Of a DNA stretch of 64,000 nt, positions 1 through 9,296 are shown one piece after another (positions within the stretch are counted from its first letter, which is position 1; each line of letters begins with the position of its first letter). The stretch spans positions 1 to 64,000 of the forward strand of contig JBDREN010000096.1 of the NCBI GenBank assembly GCA_043819795.1. Reading direction: 5' to 3'. A model generated the notes under the pieces. The model saw only the letters and a program-made list of their open reading frames with translations. It did no database searches and was not told where the DNA came from. Made by a program: the position numbers and the translations under genes. This DNA comes from Elusimicrobiota bacterium. GTDB lineage: Bacteria > Elusimicrobiota > Elusimicrobia > UBA1565.

Positions 1-2
1 TC

Positions 3-134
3 ATCGAAGGCAGCTCCGGCACGCATGCCGCCAAGGTAGAGGCTCTCACCCAGGTCGGGATCCATGTGATCGACAATCTCAGTGAGATCGGAGAGGTCAT
101 CTCCCGGTCCATGGGGACCAAGCTGGCTGCCTAA
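3..134 (+). CDS. sucD: Succinyl-CoA synthetase alpha subunit, C-terminal fragment (gene starts before window)
   Basis: Manual translation IEGSSGTHAAKVEALTQVGIHVIDNLSEIGEVISRSMGTKLAA* resembles the SucD C-terminus (GT..K..AL...GV.V......IG). Not in the ORF track. Confidence 0.7.
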   Translation: MEGSSGTHAAKVEALTQVGIHVIDNLSEIGEVISRSMGTKLAA

Positions 135-204
135 GTCGGGCTGAGTCCGTGCTCTTTGCGGCGGCAAATCATTCCTGGTTCAGCGCGGGTATTGTTTTAC
201 TGAT

Positions 205-324
205 GAGGATGTCGCATAAACGATGAACCGGTACTCAGGGATTGACCGGGAATCTTTTGCGGCTAGCCGCAGTACACACCCCTGAGCGTACCTAAACCCA
301 GCGCGTCGTTTATGGGACATCCTC
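205..324. mobile_element. 120-bp MITE-like inverted-repeat element
   Basis: Terminal IRs GAGGATGTCGCATAAACGA (205-223) and TCGTTTATGGGACATCCTC (306-324), 18/19 complementary. Internal symmetric arms CTCAGGG/CCCTGAG and palindrome TGCGGCTAGCCGCA. Confidence 0.7.
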
Positions 325-328
325 TTTG

Positions 329-644
329 CTAGTGTAGTGTCCCGTAAATAACTGGGCATTTGGAGGCCCGATCCTGAGATGATTTCAAGGCGCGACGAGC
401 GCGCATAGCTTAAGCTATGAAAGCGAGGAGCAACGCCGAAATCGTCCCGGGTCGGGCCTCCCTCTCCTTATGGGATTTCGCAACAATTGCTTGCGAAATC
501 CTGTTACGGTAGGGCAGGTCGCTTTTGGCTTCTGGCGTCGTGGTGGGGGGGAACAAAAAAAAACCGGAGTATCGGTGCTGAACCCAACCCCCCACCCAAC
601 CGCGGCCCCCCAACTGCCCATTTTTTTCCGGGCCACTACACTAG
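329..644. mobile_element. 316-bp MITE-like element with CTAG ends
   Basis: Left end CTAGTGTAGTGTCCCGTAAATAACTGGGCATTTG; reverse complement of right end CTAGTGTAGTGGCCCGGAAAAAAATGGGCAGTTG (34 bp, 5 mismatches). No transposase inside. Confidence 0.7.
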
Positions 645-755
645 AGGCCTACGCCGCCGCGTCAATTCGGCCCATTGGGAGATGGGTCCTATTCCCGGCC
701 CACGCCACCCATTGGACCTAATCGGAATTCACCATGCCGGGGTACAATATCTTCA

Positions 756-2651
756 ATGGCTAACACCCGCATCGCGATCTCAGCGACAGTCTTGAGCGTC
801 GTTCTGGTGACGGGCCCTCTCTGCGGCCAAGCCGCGGCGCAGAATGTCGCGCCGGTCAAGGCGGCGCCCGCCGCGATCTCCGCCTGCGCGCTGCAAGCGG
901 CCGGCGCGGTCCCGGTCGGCCGTACGCTCACGGTTCCGGTGAGACTGGAAGGCGTTCTAGGCACGGTTTCATCTCCGAAGCTTATGCCGACGCTCTCCGG
1001 CGTCGCGCGGGCGGCGATCAAGCCGTTCGGCGCCGCGTCTATGGGGCGAGCTCGCGCCAGGGACTTGAGTCTCGGCCGATCGGCGGTGATGCCAAGAATC
1101 GCTTCACCGGCCCGTGCCGTCGGACTCATTGACGAAGGCTCTGCCGTGGCTTCCCCGGGAGCTAAGACGCTTGCCCGGATGGCTTCCGAGTCCTCCCGCG
1201 ACCACAAGGCCGCCGCCGGCTGGACGGCCCTGCGGAAAACGCTCTCCCACACCGCGCTTCGCTCCGCGGCTAGCGCTGACGGGATCGGAGCAAGGCGTCT
1301 TTTCGACGGAGACTCCGCGAAGAGCCTGGGCGCCTCTTTCGCCGTTCCCGCGACCAAGGGCTGGTCGCCGGTTAGCGGCCGCAAGCTCTCCGCGGTCCCG
1401 GGAGTCTCGTTCGCCGATGGGGTCTCCGAAGAGCATAAGGCCCTGTTCGAGGAGACGCTGCGGCGGCGCAAGGCGTCTTGGTACCGCTCGCTCGCCGATC
1501 TAGGCGTTCGGCTGAACGGCCCGCTGGCTCCGACATTGACCGTGCGCGCCGCCAAGGAGGCCGCCCACGCAGGAGGGGTCGCATTCACGGTAGACTGGGA
1601 GCAAGGCCCCACGCACCTGGGTTCGTTCCAGGCGACAGTCCAAAGAAGGGACGCCAAAGCTCGGCTCCGGCGTCTCCCGCCTCCTCCCGCTCCCGAAGAG
1701 AAGCAGATCACGATGCGATTCAATAAGTCGATCATGGTGGATGTCGGCGGTTTGAACGTGGAGCAGGAAGTCGGAGAAACGCATATCGCCGAATTCCTGG
1801 AGAGCCAGGGTCTGCGTCTGCTGAACAAGAATTGGCAGGGATACTACACGGTCGCCGTTACGGGAGAGGCTTCGGCGGACGCGGTCGCTTGGGGGATTTC
1901 AGGGCGGGGCATCGTGCTCTATGCCACCCCGCTGAAGGCGGATATCCCAAAAGAAGATCAGCTGATCATCACCTTCAAGGAAACCACCGTCATGGGACGA
2001 GGGCCGCGGGTCGCGGTGAGGGTGGAAGACCGGAACGTGGCCGAAGCGCTCCGGACCAACGGTCTTCAGGTCCTGGAGAGCGATCGGGACGGGACATACC
2101 GCGTGGGGGTCAAGCCCGGCGTCTCGGCGGCCGAAACCGCCGCCCGGCTTTCAGCGCAAGGGATCGTGCTTTTCGCAACGCCCGTCCAAGTGGACATCGC
2201 CGAGGATAGGCAGGTCATACTCAAGTTTGAAGAGACGGTCCTCGTGAACGGGATATCCGAGGCATCGGTGTCCGACGACGACGTCGCCGGCGTCTTGCGC
2301 GAGCACGGCCTCACGGTCCTGGCGGATTTCGACGAAAGGACCTACAAGGTGGCGGGGCCGGCGGGCGTATCGGGCATCGACCTGGCAAAAAGGCTTTCCG
2401 CGATCGGGCTAGTCGGCTCAGCCGTGGCCGTGGGTTCCGTGACTCAAGAAGAGATCGACGGGGCCGTGCGCTCGGCGGTCTCTCAGAAGGGGAGACCCTG
2501 GTCCGAGTCGGAGTACTCCGCCGCTTACTACATGACAAAGAGGGGGCTCACCTTGCGCGGCGCCACGCGGGCCCAGCTGGAAGAATATGCCAAGCGCTGC
2601 GACGAGGCGCCCGTCCGAGGCGGGGGCTTCAATCCCTGGTCCGGGGACTGA
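756..2651 (+). CDS. Secreted hypothetical protein with low-complexity leader and three tandem ~85-aa subtilase-prodomain-like repeats
   Basis: Signal peptide from ATG 756 (MANTRIAISATVLSVVLV...AAA). Three repeats begin Q(I/L/V)..xF(N/K/E) and contain L...GL.(L/V)L.....GxY.V and GIVL(Y/F)ATP. No catalytic protease motifs. Confidence 0.7.
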   Translation: MANTRIAISATVLSVVLVTGPLCGQAAAQNVAPVKAAPAAISACALQAAGAVPVGRTLTVPVRLEGVLGTVSSPKLMPTLSGVARAAIKPFGAASMGRARARDLSLGRSAVMPRIASPARAVGLIDEGSAVASPGAKTLARMASESSRDHKAAAGWTALRKTLSHTALRSAASADGIGARRLFDGDSAKSLGASFAVPATKGWSPVSGRKLSAVPGVSFADGVSEEHKALFEETLRRRKASWYRSLADLGVRLNGPLAPTLTVRAAKEAAHAGGVAFTVDWEQGPTHLGSFQATVQRRDAKARLRRLPPPPAPEEKQITMRFNKSIMVDVGGLNVEQEVGETHIAEFLESQGLRLLNKNWQGYYTVAVTGEASADAVAWGISGRGIVLYATPLKADIPKEDQLIITFKETTVMGRGPRVAVRVEDRNVAEALRTNGLQVLESDRDGTYRVGVKPGVSAAETAARLSAQGIVLFATPVQVDIAEDRQVILKFEETVLVNGISEASVSDDDVAGVLREHGLTVLADFDERTYKVAGPAGVSGIDLAKRLSAIGLVGSAVAVGSVTQEEIDGAVRSAVSQKGRPWSESEYSAAYYMTKRGLTLRGATRAQLEEYAKRCDEAPVRGGGFNPWSGD

Positions 2652-2692
2652 GTCGCCCCAAAAGCCCCTGACACCCACCATTCATGCGCGTG

Positions 2693-3106
2693 TCACCGCT
2701 CCTCTGACATGCCCATAGGCCCCTCCGGCGCAATCACCTCCGGGCCCAGGATTTCGCGGAGCTTGTCGAAGAGATCCTTGCAGAGATAGGGTTTTTTCAG
2801 ATAGGCGTCCGCGCCCGCGCTCATGGCCAGAGCGATGTCGGCCGGAAAGGTCTTCGACGAGGTCACTAAAATGCGTATGCCCTTGGTGGACTCTTCGGCC
2901 CGCAGCCGCTCGCAAACCTGCCAGCCGTGCATCTTAGGCATCATTAGGTCGACCAGGACCAGCTCCGGCTTAAGCCGCAAAGCCTTCTCCACGCCAGCCT
3001 TGCCGTCCGGAGCTTGGAAGGCTTCGAAGCCAGCCATTTCGAGATAGTCGGCCGCCAACGCCGCGGTGTGTTCGTCGTCGTCGATGACCAACGCTCTTTT
3101 TCTCAT
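2693..3106 (-). CDS. Single-domain response regulator (receiver, CheY-like)
   Basis: LVIDDD, LVDLMMPKMHG (phospho-Asp), VTS, GADAYLKKP motifs. Confidence 0.92.
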   Translation of the reverse strand: MRKRALVIDDDEHTAALAADYLEMAGFEAFQAPDGKAGVEKALRLKPELVLVDLMMPKMHGWQVCERLRAEESTKGIRILVTSSKTFPADIALAMSAGADAYLKKPYLCKDLFDKLREILGPEVIAPEGPMGMSEER

Positions 3107-3123
3107 ATTGAAGAGCAATAAAT

Positions 3124-3211
3124 CGGTGTCAGGCCATGCTTTATGACTCGTTGGACTTTTCGCGGGTTAAGGCATCCGAGGAGAAAGTTCCAAAAGTCAT
3201 AGCCTGACACC
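3124..3211. repeat. REPIN-like 88-bp inverted-repeat element (GGTGTCAGGC ends)
   Basis: CGGTGTCAGGC...TATGACT at left and AGTCATAGCCTGACACCG at right. Same terminal motif as the IRs flanking the RAYT at 36998-37960. Confidence 0.65.
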
Positions 3212-3217
3212 GTCCCT

Positions 3218-4642
3218 TCACCGCACCCAGAGCGTGCCGTCCCTGCTCCATAAGTGATTCCCCTCGCCGCAGCCGGGGGCGGGGGCATACGTGATCTCAT
3301 GCCCGTACGAGGCGTCGCGGGGATCGGATGTGCTCTTGCAGCGATTAACTGTGGACGCGATGCTCGTGTGGTCCTCTGAGACCGAGGGGCAGCTGCTCCA
3401 TTCGGCGGCGATGTCGTACTTGTAGTGCCGGCCGGCCGGGAGATTTATCACCTGGTAGCCGATCCATAGGTCCGAGAAGATCTTCCCGCTCGCGCCGCAG
3501 TTCAAGCGGACAAGGTCGTCGCCGCCCTCTTTGAGGGCCAGCACGTCGTTGTTGTCCAGTCTCGCGGGGGCCGCCTGGTCCGGCGACGTCAGCGTTCCGA
3601 TGGCCTGCGCGCCCGGCAAGTCGTGGTCGCGCGAGTATCCGCGGATCCGGGCGGCGAGCGTCCAGCCTCCCCCGTCGGTCGTCATGTCGCAGTAGGCGTA
3701 GAAAGCGTCCGCGTCGTCGCCGCCGTTGGGGTCGATCAGGTAGAGCCCGTCCTCGGCCGAGGGAATGACATCGCGAATGACCTTGCAGCTGGGCGCCGCC
3801 GCGGAGCACTCGCCCTCTGTGCAGAAGGACTCGGCGGGGCACGCGAAGCCGCACTCGCCGCAGTTCTGGGGATCGGTTTGGAGCCTCGCGCAGGAACCGT
3901 CGCAATCCACGAGGGGATCCGGATCCCCAGGCGCGCTGTAATCCGAGCACCGGCCGCACCGGGCGCCCTCCAGGGTCTTGATGCAGGCGCCCGGCAATGG
4001 CCCGTCCGGGGAGTCCAGGCTGGGACAGGCGACGCTCTGCCAGGTGACCTCGGCGCCCGCGCAGACTGCCTCGTCGAGGATCGGGTCTTGGCTTCCCTGC
4101 GAGCAGGTGTCCTTGAGGGTGAGCGCCGCGATCTGATTGATGAGGATCGTGGCCGCTCCGGGCGTGGCGGGGTCCAGCCCCCCGTCGCTGTCCATGCAGG
4201 ATAGGCTGATTGACCCGGGATCGCCCGGATCGCCCTTGTCGCCTTTGTCGCCCTTGAGTCCGGCTGGTCCCGGGTCGCCCTTCTCGCCCTGCTGACCGGC
4301 GGAGCCTTGGTCGCCCGTGTCGCCCTTGGGGCCCTGAGGGCCCTGCGGCCCCGCCTCACCCATGGGCCCCGGTTCACCGGGATCGCCCTTGTCGCCTTTG
4401 TCGCCCTTGGGTCCGGCCGGTCCCGGCTCGCCCTTCTCGCCCTGCGGGCCGGTGTCGCCTTTGGGGCCCGGCGTCGATTGTATGTCCTCGATTTGCTCTT
4501 GGAGTTCCCCCATCTGTTCTTCAATCTGGATGAAAGGCTGGCCGTTCGGATTGGTCTTTTCCTTAGGTTCGGCTTGGGTTGTCCCGGCCAGGCCGAAAGT
4601 CAATAGTCCGGTCACGATGACTACGGGGAATCTGGTATTCAT
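3218..4642 (-). CDS. Secreted collagen-like protein with Cys-rich linker and fibrinogen-related C-terminal domain (ficolin-like architecture)
   Basis: Signal peptide, short coiled coil, ~29 Gly-X-Y triplets, [12 protein letters not shown] repeat, then SCK.I......DGLYLIDP......[14 protein letters not shown] (fibrinogen-C N-terminal motif). Confidence 0.85.
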   Translation of the reverse strand: MNTRFPVVIVTGLLTFGLAGTTQAEPKEKTNPNGQPFIQIEEQMGELQEQIEDIQSTPGPKGDTGPQGEKGEPGPAGPKGDKGDKGDPGEPGPMGEAGPQGPQGPKGDTGDQGSAGQQGEKGDPGPAGLKGDKGDKGDPGDPGSISLSCMDSDGGLDPATPGAATILINQIAALTLKDTCSQGSQDPILDEAVCAGAEVTWQSVACPSLDSPDGPLPGACIKTLEGARCGRCSDYSAPGDPDPLVDCDGSCARLQTDPQNCGECGFACPAESFCTEGECSAAAPSCKVIRDVIPSAEDGLYLIDPNGGDDADAFYAYCDMTTDGGGWTLAARIRGYSRDHDLPGAQAIGTLTSPDQAAPARLDNNDVLALKEGGDDLVRLNCGASGKIFSDLWIGYQVINLPAGRHYKYDIAAEWSSCPSVSEDHTSIASTVNRCKSTSDPRDASYGHEITYAPAPGCGEGNHLWSRDGTLWVR

Positions 4643-4926
4643 CTTGTCTCTCCCTAACGACAATCCCATTCACGCTTTACAGACGACCGCCGGCTTGAAT
4701 CCCGGCCACCCATATGTATAGCTGTAAACCGACTATCTGTCACGGACAAACTGCTGACAGGGATGTAAAAATAACATTTATAAAATAAGCAGCTATTTTT
4801 CGTGTCAGCGAAATCTCCCAGTTGTCGGCGGGTTGATCGCAGGAGGGCGGCGTCCCGGTCGCGCGATGCGGGGCGCAATCAGCGCCGGAGATCCCGGGAG
4901 ACGCGGTCTGGATGCCGAACCAAGGG

Positions 4927-5760
4927 TCAAGCACCGTCGAGTTCCCGGATCTTCGCCGAGAAGCCGGGGGCGTCGCCGTGCTTCCTCGCCCTCTCGGATA
5001 TATTGAAGCGCGAGCGGGCCTCCTCAAGCGGGAGGTCCGTATCGATCATTCCGCGCTTGATGGCGAACTTATCCGAGTAGCCCGGGAACACGATCTGCCA
5101 GCTGTAGGGGACCTTGTCCAACAGGAACTTGTTGATGTGCCGCGCGATATTGATCGAGCAGGAGTTCGTGAGCGTGTTGTAAAACTCGGGCTTCTCGCGC
5201 AGCCTGTTGGCCCGCCGCAGCATATCCACGAGGAGCGTGGTCAGCTGCTCTTTCGTGGCTTTTGCCGGGTACAGGCATACCGCGTTTCCGCGGTAGTTCG
5301 TGCGCAGCCGGATCAGGTCGCGCTCGTCGCCGACCACGTACATGAGCTCGAACCGCCGGAAGAGGCCCTTCAGGGCCGAGAATGTCTCGCCCTTCTCCTT
5401 TCGGATCTCGGCGGATACGGCGAGGTAATCGCCGCCTTCGAACCCGAAGCTGAGGAACGTGTGCGCCGCGCCCTTCCATCCGGAAAAGGGCTCGACGATG
5501 AACCAGAGTGATTCCAGCTCGTCCAAGCGGAAGCTCTTGTCGTAATAGCGCGGCGTGTATTCTCCCGCCGATGCGTAGTCGTTGTCCCGGATGTTGTGGA
5601 CGCTGACCACATCGCCATCGAACTCGATATAGGGGAGCACGGACTGGTCGGCCGACCAATCGCGGTCGTTGGAGGGCTTACTGCTGGACCACCAAGCAGC
5701 GAGAACGGCGACCGCCGCCAGCGCGAAGACGGTGACGGCCCTCCATTTCGTCCATTTCAT
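4927..5760 (-). CDS. DUF4105 / Lnb N-terminal-like periplasmic protein
   Basis: N-terminal anchor, PSNDRDW, AHTFLSFGF, S.E.RKEKGE, FYNTLTNSC family motifs. Confidence 0.85.
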   Translation of the reverse strand: MKWTKWRAVTVFALAAVAVLAAWWSSSKPSNDRDWSADQSVLPYIEFDGDVVSVHNIRDNDYASAGEYTPRYYDKSFRLDELESLWFIVEPFSGWKGAAHTFLSFGFEGGDYLAVSAEIRKEKGETFSALKGLFRRFELMYVVGDERDLIRLRTNYRGNAVCLYPAKATKEQLTTLLVDMLRRANRLREKPEFYNTLTNSCSINIARHINKFLLDKVPYSWQIVFPGYSDKFAIKRGMIDTDLPLEEARSRFNISERARKHGDAPGFSAKIRELDGA

Positions 5761-5793
5761 GCTTGCGCCGAGAGCCTGCCGGGTCGCGGTTTC

Positions 5794-6531
5794 CTACTTG
5801 ATGGCGAGGACCAGAGCCACGCCCTGGGTATACCGCGTGACGGAGTCTACCTCGGCAAGGCCCTCCGGATCCGTTTCGACCCATTCCCGAAGGCCCTCGC
5901 CCCGGAAGAATCGTTCTTCCTGTATCCGGAAGCCTTCGAAGAGCTCCCGAAGGGACTGCCTGTCATAGACGCGCTGGCCCGCGCTCCGCCCCTTCTTCCC
6001 GTAGGGGACCGTCAGCAGGAGCCTGCCGCCGGGCTTGAGCAGGCTGTGGAATTTCTCGACGACGGCGCGGTCGGAGCCTCGAGCCTCCCCTCCGTACGTC
6101 CCCAAGCCGACGTGCTCCACCGCGGAAACGGCCACCACGGCGTCGAAGGAATCCGCCTCGAACTCCAAATCGAAGAAATCCCCGCGCAGAGAGGTGAGGT
6201 TCGGATGGGTGAAGCCGTACTCCCGCAGGTCCGCCCCCGTCACACGGTATCCCATCGCGGCCATATGCAGCGAGAGGGGGCTGTCGGAGCATCCGAAGTC
6301 CAATACCCGGGCTCCGCGCTCCGCGGGGAGGCGGTTTAGAACGAACGGGATCTCCACGATGCGCTCGGTGACCACGGGCTTGAGGAGCCGGTGCTTGAAC
6401 CTCAGCACCGGAAGCTTCCAAACCCACTCCCCCAGCCCGTCGTCCGGAGCGTACTGTATGGGCGAGAGCACCGGCGACAGGTAGCAGGGCCACCGAGCCA
6501 TGGAGAACAGCTTGCGGATGATGCCGAACAT
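5794..6531 (-). CDS. Class I SAM-dependent methyltransferase
   Basis: VLDFGC motif I, FDAVVAVSAVEHVG, LLKPGGRLLLTVPYG. Start 6531 chosen from the TAGAAT -10 element 7 nt upstream. Confidence 0.85.
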   Translation of the reverse strand: MFGIIRKLFSMARWPCYLSPVLSPIQYAPDDGLGEWVWKLPVLRFKHRLLKPVVTERIVEIPFVLNRLPAERGARVLDFGCSDSPLSLHMAAMGYRVTGADLREYGFTHPNLTSLRGDFFDLEFEADSFDAVVAVSAVEHVGLGTYGGEARGSDRAVVEKFHSLLKPGGRLLLTVPYGKKGRSAGQRVYDRQSLRELFEGFRIQEERFFRGEGLREWVETDPEGLAEVDSVTRYTQGVALVLAIK

Positions 6532-6721
6532 CCCGTGTATTCTACCAACTATGCCCTGGAACCGGTTCAAGATACGCCCGTGATCCGGGGCGCAAGATAA
6601 GTCCGTTCGGCCCGTAGCGTGTCGGCTGGCGGGGGAGCGTCAAGGGCCTCGGGGATCTGATCAGGCGCGAATTGCGCGCGTAGGGGAAAAGCGATTTTCC
6701 TTAGAGTTGTATAATCGGGCT

Positions 6722-7114
6722 ATGACTGAAGAAAGGCGCCGTTTCACTCGCATCGAAGCCAAGCTGCTGGCCTATACCGATTCGGGAGAGGACGCCCTCG
6801 GCGTCTACGGACGGGTCCGCGATGTCAGTCTCCAGGGCCTCTTCATCGAGGGCGCGGGCGGGCTCGACCCGGGCGCATCCTGCTTCGTCGAGCTGATGCT
6901 CGGCGAGCCCGAAAACGAGGCCCGGGTCCGGTGTTCCGCCGTGGTGGTCCGCCGCGATGACTCGGGGATCGGGGTCCGGTTCACGCAGATAGACGCGGAA
7001 GGCCTGCCCCATCTGATAAACCTGATCCTCTCGAACGCGGATGTCCCGGACCACATCGCGAAGGAGCTCGACGCTGTCCTCGGATTCGAGGCTCCGCGTT
7101 TCCCCAAGGGCTGA
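6722..7114 (+). CDS. PilZ domain protein (c-di-GMP receptor)
   Basis: ERRRFTR (RxxxR) and DVSLQG (DxSxxG) motifs, GIGVRF. Confidence 0.9.
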   Translation: MTEERRRFTRIEAKLLAYTDSGEDALGVYGRVRDVSLQGLFIEGAGGLDPGASCFVELMLGEPENEARVRCSAVVVRRDDSGIGVRFTQIDAEGLPHLINLILSNADVPDHIAKELDAVLGFEAPRFPKG

Positions 7115-7139
7115 GAGCGCCGGTCCGCTTCCCCCGATC

Positions 7140-7625
7140 ATGCGCAGAAAGGATTTCCTCATGCTGATGCTCGCGAGCCTCCTCGTCCCGAGGCTCGGGC
7201 TGGGATCCGGGAGGGGACGCCGCGGCCATTTCTCGAAGGGACAGGAGCGGACGATCAAGTCCCTCCTCGAGATGATCTGGCCCGGCTGCCTGGAGTACAA
7301 CGCCTACCCCTTCCTGGAAAGATGGCTCGGGAGCCGCGGCTACGAGAAGGCGCTGGACTACTACAAGAAACACGTGGACGCGCTCGTCGCGGACTCCAAG
7401 AAGAGCCACAAGAAGGATTTCGCGGAACTGGACCAAGAGGGCAAGGAATCCCTCCTGGACCGGATATACAAGCGGGACAAGCTCTTCTACTTGCTCACGC
7501 GCCAGGCCGCCCTGATGTCCGTCTTCGGCGATCCGACCCACGGCGTCAACCCCGGCAAGAAAGGGTGGAAGATGATCGACTACTCCCCCGGCTCGCAGCT
7601 GCCCTTCACGCACTTGGAGCGCTGA
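7140..7625 (+). CDS. Gluconate 2-dehydrogenase subunit 3-like (Tat-exported small subunit)
   Basis: Twin-arginine-like MRRKDFL signal, F.EL....K..LL, FGDPTHGVN....GWKMIDY family motif. Directly precedes a GMC gene. Confidence 0.8.
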   Translation: MRRKDFLMLMLASLLVPRLGLGSGRGRRGHFSKGQERTIKSLLEMIWPGCLEYNAYPFLERWLGSRGYEKALDYYKKHVDALVADSKKSHKKDFAELDQEGKESLLDRIYKRDKLFYLLTRQAALMSVFGDPTHGVNPGKKGWKMIDYSPGSQLPFTHLER

Positions 7626-7626
7626 T

Positions 7627-9294
7627 ATGCCGGATTACGACGTCTGCATCATCGGCAGCGGCGCGGGAGGAGGGATCGCCGCCTGGGCGCTGGCCGACGC
7701 CGGCTTGCGCGTGCTCGTCCTCGAGAAGGGGCCCTTCTATACCCGCAAGGACCTCGCGCACGATGAGATCCGCAACAGGAAGTACGACTTCTTCGTGCCC
7801 TATGCGACCGACGAGCCGCATCTCGTCAAAGAAGACGGGGCCAAGGGGTTCAGGAAGTCGAGAGCGTTGTGGGGCGCCTGCTGCGTGGGGGGCGGCGCCA
7901 CGCATATGGCGGGCTTCTTCTACCGGATGTGGCCTCAGGATTTCAAGATGAGGTCGACGTTCGGGAATCCCCGCGGCGCCTCGGTGGCCGACTGGCCGAT
8001 CACCTACGACGACCTGGAGCCGTACTACACGCGGATCGAATACCTCGTGGGAATCTCCGGGGAGGGCGGCCAATATCCCTTCGAGCCGCGCAGGTCCAAG
8101 CCGTACCCGCTGCCGCCGCTCAAGGCCCATCCGCTCGCCGCTCTGGTGGACAAGGCGGCGAAGGGGATGCGCCTCCATCCTTTTTCGACCCCGCGGGCGA
8201 CCCTCTCGATCCCCTACCGGGACCGTCCCTCCTGCATCTACCACGCGGACTGCGGCGCCCTGGGCTGTCCGATAGGCGCCAAATCCGGCCCCCTCAACAG
8301 CGTGCTGCCCGAGGCGCTGCGGACCGGGAGGTGCCGGATCGTCCCGCGGGCCATGGCCTATCGGCTGGAGACCGGCTCCGACGGCGCCGTCAGGAGGGTC
8401 GTCTATTACGACTCCAAGGGAGAGTCGCGCGCCGTCACCGCGCGCTGCTTCGTGGCGGCATGCGGGGCGATCCAGACCGCCCGGCTACTGCTGAACTCGA
8501 AATCGGGGAGGTCCCCCGGCGGGCTCGGCAACGGCGGCGGGCTCGTGGGCAGGAACCTCACCTTCTCGACGTTCGTGATGGTCTTCGCGAGCTATAAGAA
8601 GGAGACGCGGGACGGCATCGACATCGCGTCCAAGGCGCCGTTCCTGCAGCGGTCCCTCCAGGATTATTACATAGTAAAGGACCATGAGGCGCACGGTCTT
8701 CCCTACCCCAAGGGGGGGACCTTCAACTTCACCATGGGCTATCGCGCGCCGGTGCTCCGGGCGGAGCGGTTCCTGAACCGGCCCGACGACGAAGGCGCGC
8801 TCTGGGGGAGCGGCTTGAAGAAGCGGGTCCTGGAGGAGCTGCGGGACCGAGTCGTCGTCAAGCTGGAGGTGTTTCAGGATTTCCTGCCCAGCCCGAAGAC
8901 CTACGTCGACGTGGCCGAGGACGTGAAGGATAAGTGGGGCATCCCCGTAGCCCGCGCGAGGATCTCCCATCATCCCGCGGAGAAGCCGATGTCGGAGTTC
9001 CTCGCGGGAAAGGGGAAGAGCATCCTCGCCAAGACCGATCCCCGGGACCTCTTCGCCCTGTCGCGTCCGGGCACGACCCACCATCTCCAGCACGGCACCT
9101 GCCGTTTCGGGAAGGATCCGGACCGCTCCGTGCTCGATGCGGACTGCCGCGCGCACGAGGCGGGCAATCTCTACGCGGTCGACGGGTCGTTCATGCCCAC
9201 TTCGGGAGGCGTCCCCGCGACGTTCACCATAATGGCGAACTCCCTGCGGGTCAGCGAGAAGATCGTCGCGGCGTTCAAAGACGGCCGGCTCTAG
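7627..9294 (+). CDS. GMC family FAD oxidoreductase (dehydrogenase large subunit)
   Basis: IIGSGAGG FAD motif, VGGGATH, DWPITYDDLEPYY, C...ADC...GC cluster, HLQHGTCRFG, NLYAVDGSFMP. Confidence 0.93.
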   Translation: MPDYDVCIIGSGAGGGIAAWALADAGLRVLVLEKGPFYTRKDLAHDEIRNRKYDFFVPYATDEPHLVKEDGAKGFRKSRALWGACCVGGGATHMAGFFYRMWPQDFKMRSTFGNPRGASVADWPITYDDLEPYYTRIEYLVGISGEGGQYPFEPRRSKPYPLPPLKAHPLAALVDKAAKGMRLHPFSTPRATLSIPYRDRPSCIYHADCGALGCPIGAKSGPLNSVLPEALRTGRCRIVPRAMAYRLETGSDGAVRRVVYYDSKGESRAVTARCFVAACGAIQTARLLLNSKSGRSPGGLGNGGGLVGRNLTFSTFVMVFASYKKETRDGIDIASKAPFLQRSLQDYYIVKDHEAHGLPYPKGGTFNFTMGYRAPVLRAERFLNRPDDEGALWGSGLKKRVLEELRDRVVVKLEVFQDFLPSPKTYVDVAEDVKDKWGIPVARARISHHPAEKPMSEFLAGKGKSILAKTDPRDLFALSRPGTTHHLQHGTCRFGKDPDRSVLDADCRAHEAGNLYAVDGSFMPTSGGVPATFTIMANSLRVSEKIVAAFKDGRL

Positions 9295-9296
9295 CT

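Noticed and set aside
520..640. Homopolymer runs (G7, A8, C6, T7) as phase-variation tracts
   Set aside because: They are non-coding and inside a MITE, and may reflect low-quality sequence.
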